Notes: a model not told the origin generated them from the letters alone. A DNA stretch of 32,000 bases from Escherichia coli (GCF_048163005.1 NZ_CP182378.1); one strand, 5' to 3'; shown: positions 1 to 12,107, counted from the first letter of the stretch. Translations and numbers: made by a program.

Positions 1-1
1 C

Positions 2-154
2 AACGGTAGCGTCGCCGCATTGCTGGTCGCACTCTTCAACCTTGGTATCGCAACGTTAATTTATCTGCCCTTTGTTGTGGTCGCTAACAAAGCACAAAAC
101 GCGATTGATAAAGAAGAGAGCGAAGAAGATATCGCTAACGCCCTGAAATTTTAA
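2..154 (+). CDS. chbC: C-terminal fragment of the PTS chitobiose-specific EIIC permease (5' end outside the window)
   Basis: Open frame from base 2 ending ...EDIANALKF-stop at 152-154, immediately upstream of chbA; hydrophobic segment followed by a charged tail. Confidence 0.85.
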
Positions 155-204
155 TCGATGCCGGTACGGGTAATCGTGCCGGTAAGAAAAGAGAGGAACG
201 ATGT

Positions 205-555
205 ATGATGGATCTCGATAACATTCCCGATACGCAAACAGAAGCTGAAGAGCTGGAAGAAGTGGTGATGGGACTTATCATCAACTCCGGACAAGCGCGC
301 AGCCTGGCGTATGCCGCACTGAAACAGGCGAAGCAGGGCGATTTTGCCGCAGCAAAAGCCATGATGGATCAGTCACGGATGGCATTGAATGAAGCGCATC
401 TGGTACAGACGAAACTGATTGAAGGCGATGCGGGCGAAGGTAAGATGAAAGTGAGTCTGGTGCTGGTCCACGCTCAGGATCATTTAATGACGTCCATGCT
501 TGCGCGTGAACTGATTACCGAATTAATTGAGCTTCATGAAAAACTGAAGGCATAA
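205..555 (+). CDS. chbA: PTS N,N'-diacetylchitobiose-specific EIIA component
   Basis: 116-aa [24 protein letters not shown]...ELHEKLKA, recognised as ChbA; contains the lactose-type [15 protein letters not shown] motif. Confidence 0.97.
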   Translation: MMDLDNIPDTQTEAEELEEVVMGLIINSGQARSLAYAALKQAKQGDFAAAKAMMDQSRMALNEAHLVQTKLIEGDAGEGKMKVSLVLVHAQDHLMTSMLARELITELIELHEKLKA

Positions 556-562
556 GGAGTCG

Positions 563-1405
563 ATGATGCAGCCAGTGATTAACGCGCCGGAAATTGCCAC
601 TGCCCGAGAACAGCAGTTGTTTAATGGCAAAAACTTCCATGTGTTTATCTACAACAAAACTGAGAGTATCAGCGGACTGCATCAGCACGACTATTATGAA
701 TTTACTCTGGTATTAACCGGGCGTTATTTCCAGGAGATTAACGGTAAGCGCGTGTTACTGGAACGGGGCGATTTTGTTTTTATTCCGTTAGGTTCGCACC
801 ATCAAAGTTTTTATGAGTTTGGTGCCACGCGCATATTGAATGTTGGGATCAGTAAACGCTTTTTTGAGCAGCATTACCTGCCGTTGTTGCCTTATTGCTT
901 TGTCGCTTCGCAGGTATACCGGACCAATAACGCTTTTCTCACCTATGTGGAAACAGTGATTTCTTCATTGAATTTCCGCGAAACAGGGCTGGAAGAGTTT
1001 GTTGAGATGGTTACTTTTTATGTCATTAACCGTTTACGTCATTACCGCGAAGAACAGGTGATTGATGATGTACCGCAGTGGCTGAAAAGTACGGTAGAAA
1101 AGATGCATGATAAAGAGCAGTTTAGTGAATCGGCGCTGGAGAATATGGTGACGTTGTCAGCCAAATCACAGGAATATTTGACGCGAGCGACTCAACGATA
1201 TTATGGCAAAACACCAATGCAGATTATTAATGAGATCCGTATTAATTTTGCCAAAAAACAACTGGAAATGACCAACTATTCCGTGACGGATATTGCGTTT
1301 GAGGCCGGTTATAGTAGCCCGAGCTTGTTTATTAAAACGTTTAAGAAATTAACGTCCTTTACGCCTAAGAGCTATCGTAAGAAATTGACTGAATTTAATC
1401 AGTAA
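563..1405 (+). CDS. chbR: AraC-family dual regulator of the chb operon
   Basis: 280-aa ORF with N-terminal cupin ([14 protein letters not shown]) and C-terminal AraC HTH ([31 protein letters not shown]). Confidence 0.97.
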   Translation: MMQPVINAPEIATAREQQLFNGKNFHVFIYNKTESISGLHQHDYYEFTLVLTGRYFQEINGKRVLLERGDFVFIPLGSHHQSFYEFGATRILNVGISKRFFEQHYLPLLPYCFVASQVYRTNNAFLTYVETVISSLNFRETGLEEFVEMVTFYVINRLRHYREEQVIDDVPQWLKSTVEKMHDKEQFSESALENMVTLSAKSQEYLTRATQRYYGKTPMQIINEIRINFAKKQLEMTNYSVTDIAFEAGYSSPSLFIKTFKKLTSFTPKSYRKKLTEFNQ

Positions 1406-1508
1406 GTCGTTATACCTGACAATTCACATATCTGTCCTGTTGCTGGATTATTTATGTCCGGGGGGCAGATATGCCAGATATCAGTATTCTGTACTGAAGG
1501 GAGAAATT

Positions 1509-2861
1509 ATGAGCCAGAAATTAAAAGTCGTCACTATTGGTGGCGGGAGCAGCTATACCCCGGAGTTACTGGAAGGATTTATTAAGCGTTATCACGAATT
1601 GCCGGTCAGCGAATTATGGCTGGTGGATGTCGAAGGTGGTAAAGCTAAACTGGATATTATTTTTGATCTCTGCCAACGGATGATTGATAACGCTGGCGTC
1701 CCGATGAAGCTTTATAAAACGCTGGATCGCCGCGAAGCATTGAAAGATGCTGATTTCGTTACTACCCAACTGCGCGTAGGCCAATTACCGGCGCGCGAAC
1801 TGGATGAACGTATTCCATTAAGTCATGGTTATCTTGGTCAGGAAACCAACGGCGCGGGCGGTCTTTTTAAAGGTCTGCGTACCATTCCGGTGATTTTTGA
1901 CATCGTAAAAGATGTCGAAGAACTTTGTCCGAATGCATGGGTGATTAACTTCACTAACCCGGCGGGAATGGTCACTGAAGCCGTTTATCGTCATACCGGA
2001 TTTAAACGCTTTATCGGCGTGTGTAATATTCCGATCGGCATGAAGATGTTTATTCGCGATGTTCTGATGCTGAAAGACAGCGATGATTTATCTATCGATC
2101 TGTTCGGCCTCAACCATATGGTGTTCATTAAAGATGTGCTGGTAAATGGCAAATCACGCTTTGCCGAATTGCTTGATGGTGTGGCATCCGGGCAGTTAAA
2201 AGCATCTGGCGTTAAAAATATTTTCGATCTGCCATTTAGCGAAGGCTTAATTCGTTCTCTGAATCTGTTGCCGTGTTCTTATTTGCTTTATTACTTCAAG
2301 CAAAAAGAGATGCTGGCTATTGAAATGGGCGAATACTACAAAGGCGGCGCACGAGCACAGGTAGTACAGAAAGTCGAGAAACAACTTTTTGAGCTGTATA
2401 AAAACCCGGAGTTGAAAGTTAAGCCGAAAGAACTGGAACAGCGCGGTGGGGCTTATTACTCTGATGCAGCGTGCGAAGTGATCAACGCTATCTACAACGA
2501 CAAGCAAGCTGAACATTACGTTAATATCCCGCATCATGGGCATATTGATAATATTCCGGCAGACTGGGCGGTAGAAATGACCTGTACGCTGGGGCGCGAT
2601 GGCGCGACGCCACATCCGCGCATTACGCATTTCGATGATAAAGTGATGGGGCTGATTCACACCATTAAAGGCTTCGAGATTGCTGCCAGCAACGCTGCAC
2701 TTAGCGGAGAATTTAACGATGTGTTACTGGCGCTAAACCTTAGTCCGTTGGTGCATTCCGATCGCGATGCTGAGCTGCTGGCACGCGAGATGATTCTGGC
2801 GCACGAGAAATGGCTGCCAAATTTTGCCGACTGCATCGCAGAGCTTAAAAAAGCACATTAA
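1509..2861 (+). CDS. chbF: 6-phospho-beta-glucosidase / diacetylchitobiose-6-phosphate hydrolase, GH4 family
   Basis: 450-aa product starting MSQKLKVVTIGGGSSYTPELLEGF (GH4 NAD-binding motif). The ORF-track start at 1440 is probably too far upstream; the ATG at 1509 follows a GGGAG-type RBS. Confidence 0.96.
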   Translation: MSQKLKVVTIGGGSSYTPELLEGFIKRYHELPVSELWLVDVEGGKAKLDIIFDLCQRMIDNAGVPMKLYKTLDRREALKDADFVTTQLRVGQLPARELDERIPLSHGYLGQETNGAGGLFKGLRTIPVIFDIVKDVEELCPNAWVINFTNPAGMVTEAVYRHTGFKRFIGVCNIPIGMKMFIRDVLMLKDSDDLSIDLFGLNHMVFIKDVLVNGKSRFAELLDGVASGQLKASGVKNIFDLPFSEGLIRSLNLLPCSYLLYYFKQKEMLAIEMGEYYKGGARAQVVQKVEKQLFELYKNPELKVKPKELEQRGGAYYSDAACEVINAIYNDKQAEHYVNIPHHGHIDNIPADWAVEMTCTLGRDGATPHPRITHFDDKVMGLIHTIKGFEIAASNAALSGEFNDVLLALNLSPLVHSDRDAELLAREMILAHEKWLPNFADCIAELKKAH

Positions 2862-3623
<762 letters not shown>

Positions 3624-3633
3624 GTAAGGTGGT

Positions 3634-3661
3634 AAGGTCACTCCCCAGGGGGCGTGACCTT
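3634..3661. terminator. Candidate hairpin between convergent chbG and katE
   Basis: Inverted repeat aaggtcac (3634-3641) / gtgacctt (3654-3661) in the convergent intergenic gap. Neither side has a strong T-tract, so terminator activity is uncertain. Confidence 0.45.
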
Positions 3662-3669
3662 ATCCATAT

Positions 3670-5931
3670 TTACGCCGGAATTTTGTCAATCTTAGGAATG
3701 CGTGACCACATGCGGTGTGCTGCCATCAGCGTTAACAGTTCATCCATAAAACTACCATCGGCGCTGTCAGCTTCCACAATCCCTTCTTCACCCTGGTCAG
3801 CGACCTTGATTGTTGCTTTAAACTTGCGCGCGTCTCCCGCCAGCGCAATCGGTTTAAGGTGTTTGTAGGCTTCCATCAGGTAGTAGTTGGCATCGCCGTT
3901 GTCAGCGATATCCGCGATATTGCCGCAAGGGACAATAACCGCATCGACCGTCAGCGAAGGTGCACCGGCAAAGGTAGCGGCTATAGGCAACACCGTACCG
4001 TCATCCGCAGTCACTTCACCCATTCGGGAGTAGAGCAGTTTGGCATGAACGCCTTTGGCCTTCAGCGCCTTGAGAATGGCCAGAAGGTCTGCCGATCTCA
4101 CTTCATCATTAAGTAAAATCGCTACCACGCGACCTTTCACATCACCGTCAGGAATGGCGTACAAACTTAAGGATGGATCCTTTTTCAGACCGTTGACGTC
4201 CGGAGGCGGGGTGATATTCAGCTGGTCGTCCGTCAGCTCGATACCGAGATTTTTCGCCACCGCCTGGGCCAGAGTGAGATCAATATGCGCCAGCTGGTCA
4301 ACAACGCGCTCACGAATATACGGACGAACTACTTTGCTTAACTCAAAACTGAAACCATCGACAATATGGCGCTGCTCGAATGGCGTCTGACTTAGCCAGA
4401 ACAGACGCGGATGGGAATAATATTCGCCAAACGATGGGCTGCGCTCGCGAACTTTATTGCCTTCCACGCGCTCCTGGTATGATTCAAAACCGCCGCGTTT
4501 CGGCCCCGGCGGTGTTTCGCGCGGCCAGTTATCGTTGATCGAGTTCGGTTCATAATTCGCCGGGTTAGTGTCGATCCCCATACGATGCATGCCGTCACGC
4601 TGGAAATTATGGTAAGGGCAGGTCGGGCGGTTAATCGGAATCTCATGGAAATTCGGCCCACCAAGACGACTGATTTGTGTATCGGTATAGGAGAACAAAC
4701 GTCCCTGCAACAGGGGATCGTTGGTGAAGTCCAGACCAGGAACAATATGACCTGGATGGAATGCTGCTTGTTCGTTTTCGGCAAAGAAGTTATCCGGATT
4801 GCGATTGAGCACCATTTTGCCGACACGCTGAACGGGCACCAGTTCTTCCGGGATAAGTTTAGTTGGATCAAGAAGGTCGAAGTCGAACTTAAATTCATCT
4901 TCCTCAGGAATCAACTGGAAGCCCAGTTCGTATTCCGGAAAATCGCCTGCTTCGATGGCTTCCCACAACTCGCGGCGGTGGAAGTCCGGGTCACGTCCGG
5001 TTAGTTTTTGTGCTTCATCCCAAACGAGTGAGGCTTTACCTGCCAGTGGTTTCCAGTGGAAACGTACGAACGTTGCCTTCCCTTCGGCATTAATCAGGCG
5101 GAAGGTGTGAATACCGAAGCCTTCCATGGTGCGGTAACTGCGCGGGATACCGCGATCCGACATCGCCCACATCACGTTGTGCAGAGTTTCAGGTTGCAGA
5201 GAAACATAATCCCAGAAAGTATCGTGGGCGCTTTGCCCTTGTGGAATTGCCCAGTGCGGTTCTGGTTTTACCGCATGAACAAAATCGGGGAATTTATGCG
5301 CATCCTGGATAAAGAAGATTGGCGTGTTATTGCCAACGAGGTCAAAAATACCCTCTTCGGTATAGAACTTGGTGGCAAAGCCACGGATATCACGCACGGT
5401 ATCGGCAGAGCCAGCACCACCCTGAACGGTAGAGAACCTAACAAATACTGGGGTGATTTTGTTCGGATCTGAGAGGAAATCCGCTTTGGTGATATCGCTT
5501 AAGCTTTTATATGGCTGGAAATAACCGTGAGCGGCTGATCCGCGTGCATGAACAATACGTTCCGGGATGCGCTCATGGTCAAAGTGGGTGATTTTCTCGC
5601 GCAGAATAAAATCTTCCAGCAGCGTTGGACCACGGCTACCGGCACGCAGTGAGTTTTGATCATCGGCGATGCGCACGCCCTGATTAGTGGTCAGCGCAAA
5701 ATTTTCACTGCCTTTGCGTACGTCTTCCAGAGAATTAAGTTTTTCGTTACGCGTATCAGGGGCTTTCAGGCTCCCAGGGGTGGTAGGTTGTGCGCCTGGC
5801 GGTGTTGGTTCAGCCGTTGGACGATGAGATCCGTCTTCAGGTGCCAGTGAGTCCATCCCCGGTTTCGCTTCGCTGGAATCGTGTAGTGGTGACTGGTGCT
5901 GATGTGGATTCTTTTCGTTATGTTGCGACAT
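3670..5931 (-). CDS. katE: Monofunctional catalase HPII
   Basis: 753-aa ORF with catalase motifs ([56 protein letters not shown]) and a C-terminal flavodoxin-like domain typical of HPII. Confidence 0.98.
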   Translation of the reverse strand: MSQHNEKNPHQHQSPLHDSSEAKPGMDSLAPEDGSHRPTAEPTPPGAQPTTPGSLKAPDTRNEKLNSLEDVRKGSENFALTTNQGVRIADDQNSLRAGSRGPTLLEDFILREKITHFDHERIPERIVHARGSAAHGYFQPYKSLSDITKADFLSDPNKITPVFVRFSTVQGGAGSADTVRDIRGFATKFYTEEGIFDLVGNNTPIFFIQDAHKFPDFVHAVKPEPHWAIPQGQSAHDTFWDYVSLQPETLHNVMWAMSDRGIPRSYRTMEGFGIHTFRLINAEGKATFVRFHWKPLAGKASLVWDEAQKLTGRDPDFHRRELWEAIEAGDFPEYELGFQLIPEEDEFKFDFDLLDPTKLIPEELVPVQRVGKMVLNRNPDNFFAENEQAAFHPGHIVPGLDFTNDPLLQGRLFSYTDTQISRLGGPNFHEIPINRPTCPYHNFQRDGMHRMGIDTNPANYEPNSINDNWPRETPPGPKRGGFESYQERVEGNKVRERSPSFGEYYSHPRLFWLSQTPFEQRHIVDGFSFELSKVVRPYIRERVVDQLAHIDLTLAQAVAKNLGIELTDDQLNITPPPDVNGLKKDPSLSLYAIPDGDVKGRVVAILLNDEVRSADLLAILKALKAKGVHAKLLYSRMGEVTADDGTVLPIAATFAGAPSLTVDAVIVPCGNIADIADNGDANYYLMEAYKHLKPIALAGDARKFKATIKVADQGEEGIVEADSADGSFMDELLTLMAAHRMWSRIPKIDKIPA

Positions 5932-6134
5932 TGAACTCGTCTCCTTAACTTATTACTGAAAGGGCCGCTGTTTTGGTCAAAAAACCCTCTAACTATAGAC
6001 CATCAGCCAGATCCCGCTTCGGAGACTATTCTGGAAACGGTGTTATGAAATACACGCAAAGCGGGACGTACAGGGGCTAAATCGGCTAAACTACAGTTTT
6101 TCTGATTTTTAATATGCGTTTAGTGAAGCCAGTA

Positions 6135-6377
6135 ATGAAGAAACCGCTCCGTCAGCAAAACCGCCAGATTATTAGCTATATCCCACGCACGGAACCCGCG
6201 CCGCCAGAACATGCGATAAAGATGGATTCGTTTCGTGATGTCTGGATGCTGCGTGGCAAATATGTTGCGTTTGTACTGATGGGAGAGTCATTTCTGCGCT
6301 CACCGGCATTTACTGTGCCTGAATCCGCCCAGCGTTGGGCAAATCAGATCCGCCAGGAAGGGGAAGTGACTGAGTAA
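6135..6377 (+). CDS. cedA: Cell division modulator CedA
   Basis: 80-aa product MKKPLRQQNRQIISYIPRTEPAPPEHAIKMDSFRDVWMLRGKYVAFVLMGESF...; the longer frame starts at 6114. Confidence 0.93.
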   Translation: MKKPLRQQNRQIISYIPRTEPAPPEHAIKMDSFRDVWMLRGKYVAFVLMGESFLRSPAFTVPESAQRWANQIRQEGEVTE

Positions 6378-6665
6378 AGATTACGTACCTCCCGGTTTTG
6401 CCGGGAGTTACATGGCCTGAAATTTTGTATTTCATTGCTACATTCATTCAAACCACCTGTAACAAAAAGCTGCCTTTGACGATCTATTGCTATAAATAAG
6501 TGAACTTTTTTCTTTAATTGTTTATTTATTTTAAAATGGTTAAGTTTTGCTAATCATGATGAGCTATTTTTGATAGTTCATCCTGTGGTGTCGCTCTTAA
6601 ACTTATATTGTAAATGACTTAGATTTAAATGAGATAATAATTTTGTTAACAATATGAGGCGGGAG

Positions 6666-7469
6666 ATGTTTTCTACAAACTTAATACAGAGTGATTATGG
6701 TAATTTAAATATTAAAAACCTTGCCTTCGACTCTTTTAAAGAAAGACTGCAGTCTACCATGACAGCACTCACTTTCTTTATATCAACGGGTCAATGTGCC
6801 TGCGATGAAATAGCAGAATCAAACTTCAATTATATGATTGCCTATATGTCTAACATTAACTATGATGCCTCAAAGCCAGGAGCGCCAGCACTTAGTTTTG
6901 ATACATATCTGCAGGACAATGTTAAATATAGAGTGATAATTAATAATCTTTATGGTAGTGAAATTAGGATAAGAGGTATTAATGAGAATTTTGTTGGGAT
7001 GGATTTTACCTGTGAATTCCGACCAGAAAAAATGACCAATTTGATCAATATAAAAAACAGGTTGGTTATTCACTATTTAAGAACGATATACTATGAACAA
7101 AATTATATACATCCTGTTGGGAGCATTTTTGCTGCGATTCAAAAAAATGAGAGTCTCCTAAAGTTTCCTTCGGTAATATCAATGCTTAATGTCAATCTTC
7201 TTTTTAATCCACTGAATCTTCCGGGAATGGGAAGTGGTGTGCTTGAAGAGATTATGAGTATTTCAGATAGTTCACTTAGAAAACGTCTTGGGTATGAGGT
7301 TTTAAGCTTCTCGCTACAAGCACATTCATTGAGTCAGGAATGTATCGATAAGTTAGCCATTTTTTTCGCTGACGATCTGTTTAAATATGAGTCAGTATGC
7401 ATCGCCGCGATGGAACATTTAAAAAGTAAGGCAACGGCCCCTATACAAAACGGACCGTTGCCAGCATAA
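6666..7469 (+). CDS. ydjO: Uncharacterised protein YdjO
   Basis: 267-aa product from the ATG at 6666 (MFSTNLIQSDYGNLNIKNLAF...); the ORF track opens 4 codons earlier at 6654. AT-rich; recognised as the ydjO locus between cedA and tcyP. Confidence 0.85.
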   Translation: MFSTNLIQSDYGNLNIKNLAFDSFKERLQSTMTALTFFISTGQCACDEIAESNFNYMIAYMSNINYDASKPGAPALSFDTYLQDNVKYRVIINNLYGSEIRIRGINENFVGMDFTCEFRPEKMTNLINIKNRLVIHYLRTIYYEQNYIHPVGSIFAAIQKNESLLKFPSVISMLNVNLLFNPLNLPGMGSGVLEEIMSISDSSLRKRLGYEVLSFSLQAHSLSQECIDKLAIFFADDLFKYESVCIAAMEHLKSKATAPIQNGPLPA

Positions 7470-7472
7470 GAA

Positions 7473-8864
7473 TTAACGGTGTGCCAGTTCGGCGTCGTCT
7501 TCGCTATCCAGAATGGCTTTATCGGTTTGCTTCAGCCACTGGCTGGTCAGCGTGCCAGCGGTCATCGAGCCACTAACGTTTAGCGCCGTACGCCCCATGT
7601 CGATAAGCGGTTCAACGGAGATTAACAATGCCACCAGCGTTACAGGCAGGCCCATCGCAGGCAGCACAATCAGTGCGGCGAAAGTTGCACCACCACCGAC
7701 ACCGGCAACGCCTGCGGAACTAACGGTAACAATACCGACCAGCGTCGCAATCCACATCGGGTCCATCGGGTTAATGCCAACCGTAGGCGCAACCATCACC
7801 GCCAGCATTGCCGGATACAAACCGGCACAGCCGTTCTGACCAATGGTTGCACCGAAAGAGGCGGCGAAACTGGCGATGGATTCAGGAACACCCAGACGAC
7901 GCGTTTGTGCTTCCACATTCAGTGGGATAGACGCAGCACTGGAACGGCTGGTAAAGGCAAACGTCAGAACTGGCCATACCTTACGGAAGTACTTCAGCGG
8001 GCTCACGCCATTAATACCCAGCAGAAGGCCATGCACTGCAAACATAATCAGAAGACCGAGGTAGGACGCGACAACGAAACTTCCCAGTTTGATGATGTCT
8101 TGCAGGTTAGAACCTGCAACCACTTTGGTCATCAGCGCCAGAACGCCGTAAGGGGTCAGCTGCATGACCAGGCGAACCAGTTTCATCACCCAGCTTTGCA
8201 GGGTATCGATAGCGGTTAAGACGCGTTCACCTTTCGGCGCATCATCCTTCAGCAGCTTCAGCGCAGCTACGCCGAGGAATGCGGCAAAAATTACCACGCT
8301 GATAATTGACGTCGGATTGGCTCCGGTCAGATCGGCAAACGGGTTTTTCGGGATAAAGGACAAGACCAGCTGCGGAACGCTCAGGTCAGAGACTTTACCA
8401 ACATAGTTACTTTCAATGGCGTTCAGACGTGCAGTTTCTGCACCACCCTGAACCAGACCTTCAGCCGTCAAACCAAACAGGTTGGTGACCAGCACACCGA
8501 CCAGCGCCGCAATCAGCGTGGTAAACAAAAGCGTACCGATGGTCAGAAAACTGATTTTGCCTAACTGAGATGCGTTATGCAGACGGGCAACCGCGCTCAG
8601 AATAGAGGCGAAGACTAACGGCATAACGATCATTTGCAGCAGTTGAACATAGCCGTTACCAACAATGTTAAACCACTGTACAGAATCTTTAAGTACCTGG
8701 CTGTCAGAACCATAAATGGTATGCAGGGCGAGGCCAAAAACCACACCCATCACCAGACCCACCAGCACTTTTTTCGCCAGACTCCACTGTTTATGGCGGG
8801 TCTGAGCCAGCGCAAACAGCAGTACAACGAACACCACGATGTTCGCAATTAATGGAAAGTTCAT
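7473..8864 (-). CDS. tcyP: L-cystine/sulfocysteine:cation symporter, DAACS family
   Basis: 463-aa hydrophobic ORF with the dicarboxylate/amino-acid:cation symporter motif [18 protein letters not shown]; recognised as YdjN/TcyP. Confidence 0.95.
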   Translation of the reverse strand: MNFPLIANIVVFVVLLFALAQTRHKQWSLAKKVLVGLVMGVVFGLALHTIYGSDSQVLKDSVQWFNIVGNGYVQLLQMIVMPLVFASILSAVARLHNASQLGKISFLTIGTLLFTTLIAALVGVLVTNLFGLTAEGLVQGGAETARLNAIESNYVGKVSDLSVPQLVLSFIPKNPFADLTGANPTSIISVVIFAAFLGVAALKLLKDDAPKGERVLTAIDTLQSWVMKLVRLVMQLTPYGVLALMTKVVAGSNLQDIIKLGSFVVASYLGLLIMFAVHGLLLGINGVSPLKYFRKVWPVLTFAFTSRSSAASIPLNVEAQTRRLGVPESIASFAASFGATIGQNGCAGLYPAMLAVMVAPTVGINPMDPMWIATLVGIVTVSSAGVAGVGGGATFAALIVLPAMGLPVTLVALLISVEPLIDMGRTALNVSGSMTAGTLTSQWLKQTDKAILDSEDDAELAHR

Positions 8865-8996
8865 CCCCGTTCTCCTGATCTTATTATTTCTATCACTGCG
8901 TAGCAGTCATAGTGTTGGCGCAAGATTAACAGAACTGTGAGCTGGCTCTTATATTCAAATGGAATTGCTTATTCCAGAAAGGTGATTTTTGCCTTT

Positions 8997-9587
8997 TTAG
9001 TATTCAACCTGATGCTTAATAAGCCGATGAAACTGGATCTGCAAAGTATTGATCATTTGCGATGACCAACGAACAGCGCTGTTTTCGGGTAATGAATGGG
9101 GCATCCATACCGACCAGACAAATAATGCCATGCAGATAAAACGTTCCAGTTGGTTGCCCTTTTGGGGAACCAGGATAGGCAAGCGGAAACGCCAGCGGCA
9201 TGGCCAGAGCAGGGGAACACCGGCGGGTGTCAGCATATCGGCAAGTATGTGGCTCAAATAACCCAGCACCATTCCTTGTAGCGCATCAGCCGGAATGAAC
9301 CAGCTTTCAGGAACCTTAAGGTAAAAGGTTGCCAGCAGCGCAAATACCGCCAGCAGACTGTGGGTAAAACCACGATGCCCAAAAGCGCGGGCGATCGGTT
9401 TTGATATCCACTTTAATCGCTGCCCAAGAAACGACTTTGGGTGATCGATGTCCGGTAACAAACACGTCAGGATTGCGGAAGGGACAATATGCCACCAGTC
9501 ACCCTGTGCCAGCACGGGCGTCAGCTCGGCATTTTTGGCAAATACCGCACAAGCAATAGAAAAGAGAAGGTGACCTTCCGCCGTCAT
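8997..9587 (-). CDS. ydjM: YdjM inner-membrane protein, LexA regulated (metal-dependent hydrolase-like family)
   Basis: 196-aa product from the ATG at 9587 (MTAEGHLLFSIACAVFAKNAEL...); contains CLLPDIDHPKS and FGHRGFTHSLLA motifs. The frame extends to 9599. Confidence 0.92.
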   Translation of the reverse strand: MTAEGHLLFSIACAVFAKNAELTPVLAQGDWWHIVPSAILTCLLPDIDHPKSFLGQRLKWISKPIARAFGHRGFTHSLLAVFALLATFYLKVPESWFIPADALQGMVLGYLSHILADMLTPAGVPLLWPCRWRFRLPILVPQKGNQLERFICMALFVWSVWMPHSLPENSAVRWSSQMINTLQIQFHRLIKHQVEY

Positions 9588-9601
9588 GATAAAACTCACT
9601 A

Positions 9602-9621
9602 AACTGTCAATACGTACAGTA
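9602..9621 (-). promoter_or_regulatory. LexA (SOS) box upstream of ydjM
   Basis: aaCTGtcaatacgtaCAGta, a perfect CTG-N10-CAG immediately upstream of ydjM. Confidence 0.85.
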
Positions 9622-9749
9622 TAGGATTTTTATACAGTGCACGGAAGTGGTGACGGTGTAACTCTTTCTCTTAAATTGACGATTAATCCGTCAGTTGAAT
9701 GCAAATTCAGATAAAGAACCAGGAGCAGTGTGATCACTGCCCCTGGTCA

Positions 9750-10418
9750 TTAACCGAGAAGGTCTTTTGCGGTGAGTTCTGTCAGCGATGAGAGTTTGAC
9801 GTTTGCTAATACAAAACGTGGATCATTTTGCGCTTCTGGCGCAGGAACGACGATGGAACGCATGCGGGCTGCTTTAGAAGCGATCATGCCATTTACCGAG
9901 TCTTCCAGCGCCACGCAGGTCAGTGGGTCAACGCCCAGTTTTGCTGCGCAGTCGAGATATACTTGCGGATGCGGCTTGCTGTAAGGCAGTTTTTCAGCCG
10001 AGGCGAGGGCATCGAAACTGTCGCGTAAGTCAAACATGGTCAACACTTTTTCCAGCATATGTAGTGGTGACGCGGAGGCCAGTCCCACTAATAAACCTTG
10101 TTCTTTGCATAACGCAACAGCTTCGCGCACGCCTGGTAATAATGGACGCGTCTCTTCAACCAGTGAAATGGCACGAGCAATAACCCGTTCTACTACTTCC
10201 TGACGGCTTGGCCCATTCCAGGGTTGCCGGGCGTACCAAAGATCGACCACCATATCGATGCGTAAACCTAAGGTGTCCGGCAGCTCGTTACGACGGGAGA
10301 TATCCACCCCTAGGCTTGCCATCACATCCAGTTCAGCTCGATCCCATAAAGGTTCTGAGTCGATAAGTAATCCATCCATATCAAAAATTGCAGCAAGAAT
10401 CTGACGCGGGGTTGACAT
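9750..10418 (-). CDS. hxpB: HAD-family hexitol/2-deoxyglucose-6-phosphate phosphatase
   Basis: 222-aa ORF with HAD motif AAIFDMDGLLIDSEPLWDRAE and ALEDSVNGMIASKAA; YniC/HxpB. Confidence 0.95.
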   Translation of the reverse strand: MSTPRQILAAIFDMDGLLIDSEPLWDRAELDVMASLGVDISRRNELPDTLGLRIDMVVDLWYARQPWNGPSRQEVVERVIARAISLVEETRPLLPGVREAVALCKEQGLLVGLASASPLHMLEKVLTMFDLRDSFDALASAEKLPYSKPHPQVYLDCAAKLGVDPLTCVALEDSVNGMIASKAARMRSIVVPAPEAQNDPRFVLANVKLSSLTELTAKDLLG

Positions 10419-10564
10419 TACAACCTCTCCTTTAGAGCATTATGTGTAAAGTATTAAGCCGTGCTTATGATTAAGCGCCTATCATATCGCCTTTAAAGAA
10501 TGGGCGAAAACAGATATCTACAGGTAAACTAAGTGAAACGACGCGTCTTAATCAAGGAGAACTC

Positions 10565-11101
10565 ATGACGTATCAACAAGCTGGACGCATTGCTGTTTTG
10601 AAAAGGATTTTGGGTTGGGTGATTTTTATACCTGCATTGATCTCTACACTGATTTCTTTGCTGAAATTTATGAATACCCGGCAGGAAAACCAGGAAGGCA
10701 TTAATGCGGTCATGCTCGACTTTACTCATGTCATGATCGATATGATGCAGGCGAATACGCCTTTTTTGAATCTGTTCTGGTATAACTCCCCGACGCCCAA
10801 TTTTAATGGTGGCGTGAACGTTATGTTCTGGGTGATTTTCATCCTGATTTTTGTCGGACTGGCGTTGCAGGATTCCGGTGCCCGGATGAGTCGCCAGGCG
10901 CGCTTCTTGCGGGAAGGTGTTGAAGATCAACTCATTCTGGAAAAAGCCAAAGGGGAAGAGGGGCTAACGCGTGAACAAATTGAGTCACGTATTGTTGTGC
11001 CGCACCATACTATTTTCCTGCAGTTTTTCTCGCTGTATATCCTGCCGGTTATTTGTATTGCTGCAGGTTATGTGTTCTTTTCTCTGCTGGGGTTTATTTA
11101 A
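10565..11101 (+). CDS. yniB: Inner-membrane protein YniB
   Basis: 178-aa ORF MTYQQAGRIAVLKRILGWVIFIPALISTLISLLKF... with several hydrophobic segments. Confidence 0.93.
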   Translation: MTYQQAGRIAVLKRILGWVIFIPALISTLISLLKFMNTRQENQEGINAVMLDFTHVMIDMMQANTPFLNLFWYNSPTPNFNGGVNVMFWVIFILIFVGLALQDSGARMSRQARFLREGVEDQLILEKAKGEEGLTREQIESRIVVPHHTIFLQFFSLYILPVICIAAGYVFFSLLGFI

Positions 11102-11141
11102 TCAAAAGGCCGCACGGAGCGGCCATTATCCTCACCCCATA

Positions 11142-12002
11142 TTATGCTGCTAATAATCTATCCAGTGACTGCTGAGCAATAACCAAATGCTGACCGCCAA
11201 ATAACCTTGCACGATTTAACAGCGTGTAGAGTTGGTAAACCGGTTGACGTTCAAGGAAATCGGCAGGTAGCGGGGATACTGACTGATAGCCGTCATAGAT
11301 TTGTGGCGGCTGTTCAGTATGCAGCGGTAACATCGCCAGGTCGCACTCTCGGTCACCCCAGTAGCAGGCCGGGTCGAAAATGTACGGGCCATCCGGACCC
11401 AGCGCACAGTTGCCGGACCATAAATCGCCATGCAACAGAGAAGGCTGCGGTTGATGCGAGGCCAGACGCTGCTGAATATGCTCTACGATGGCGTCGATAT
11501 TGCCGAAAGCGATCCCTTTCTCTGCTGCTAGTTCCAACTGCCAGCCAATCCGTTGTTCAGCAAAAAACGTTGACCAGCGACGTTGCCAGGTGTTGGGCTG
11601 CGGAGTTGTGGAGAGCGAGTTATCAAAATCGAGGCCAAATTGTGGTTGGTCGCTCCATTGATGTAAACGCGCAATTTGCTGACCAAGAATAAATGCGCTA
11701 TGCGCATCCAGCGGGCGAGGTGGGAGATAATCCATCACCAGAAAACTGTAGTCACGGTCAGCGCCAACTGCCCAAACCTTAGGCACGGTGACGGTTTTAC
11801 TACGCGACAGTAACTCCAGTTGGTCGGCTTCGGCGGTAAAACCGGGAAGCAGTTCCCTTTCATCACATTTGACGAAAAAGTCACGTCCTGCATAGCGCAA
11901 ATGCCATGCGGCATGGACTTCTCCGCCAGGCAGTTCATTACGCAGTTCGATTTCGCCTTCACCTAACTGCTCGCTCAAAAGACGACTGATTGCCTGCCAC
12001 AT
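11142..12002 (-). CDS. yniA: Fructosamine-kinase/aminoglycoside-phosphotransferase-like kinase YniA
   Basis: 286-aa ORF with SLLHGDLWSGNCALGPDGPYIFDPACYWGDRECDLAM (kinase catalytic and metal-binding motifs). Confidence 0.95.
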   Translation of the reverse strand: MWQAISRLLSEQLGEGEIELRNELPGGEVHAAWHLRYAGRDFFVKCDERELLPGFTAEADQLELLSRSKTVTVPKVWAVGADRDYSFLVMDYLPPRPLDAHSAFILGQQIARLHQWSDQPQFGLDFDNSLSTTPQPNTWQRRWSTFFAEQRIGWQLELAAEKGIAFGNIDAIVEHIQQRLASHQPQPSLLHGDLWSGNCALGPDGPYIFDPACYWGDRECDLAMLPLHTEQPPQIYDGYQSVSPLPADFLERQPVYQLYTLLNRARLFGGQHLVIAQQSLDRLLAA

Positions 12003-12107
12003 GATGTCTCTCCCATGTTGTCTGCCAGATCATAAGGTTAGCGCAAGAATGCGGTGTAAAAACACGAGCTAACGCACACCACAGACTGATTATTGCCCAA
12101 AAACCAT

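Noticed and set aside
4392-4898. 168-codon minus-strand frame plus plus-strand frames 4055-4390, 4585-5004 and 5056-5472 inside katE
   Set aside because: All overlap the intact 753-codon catalase frame; composition fits out-of-frame translation.
10529-10930. 133-codon minus-strand ORF opposite yniB
   Set aside because: Antisense to an intact conserved gene; no domain, weak start context.
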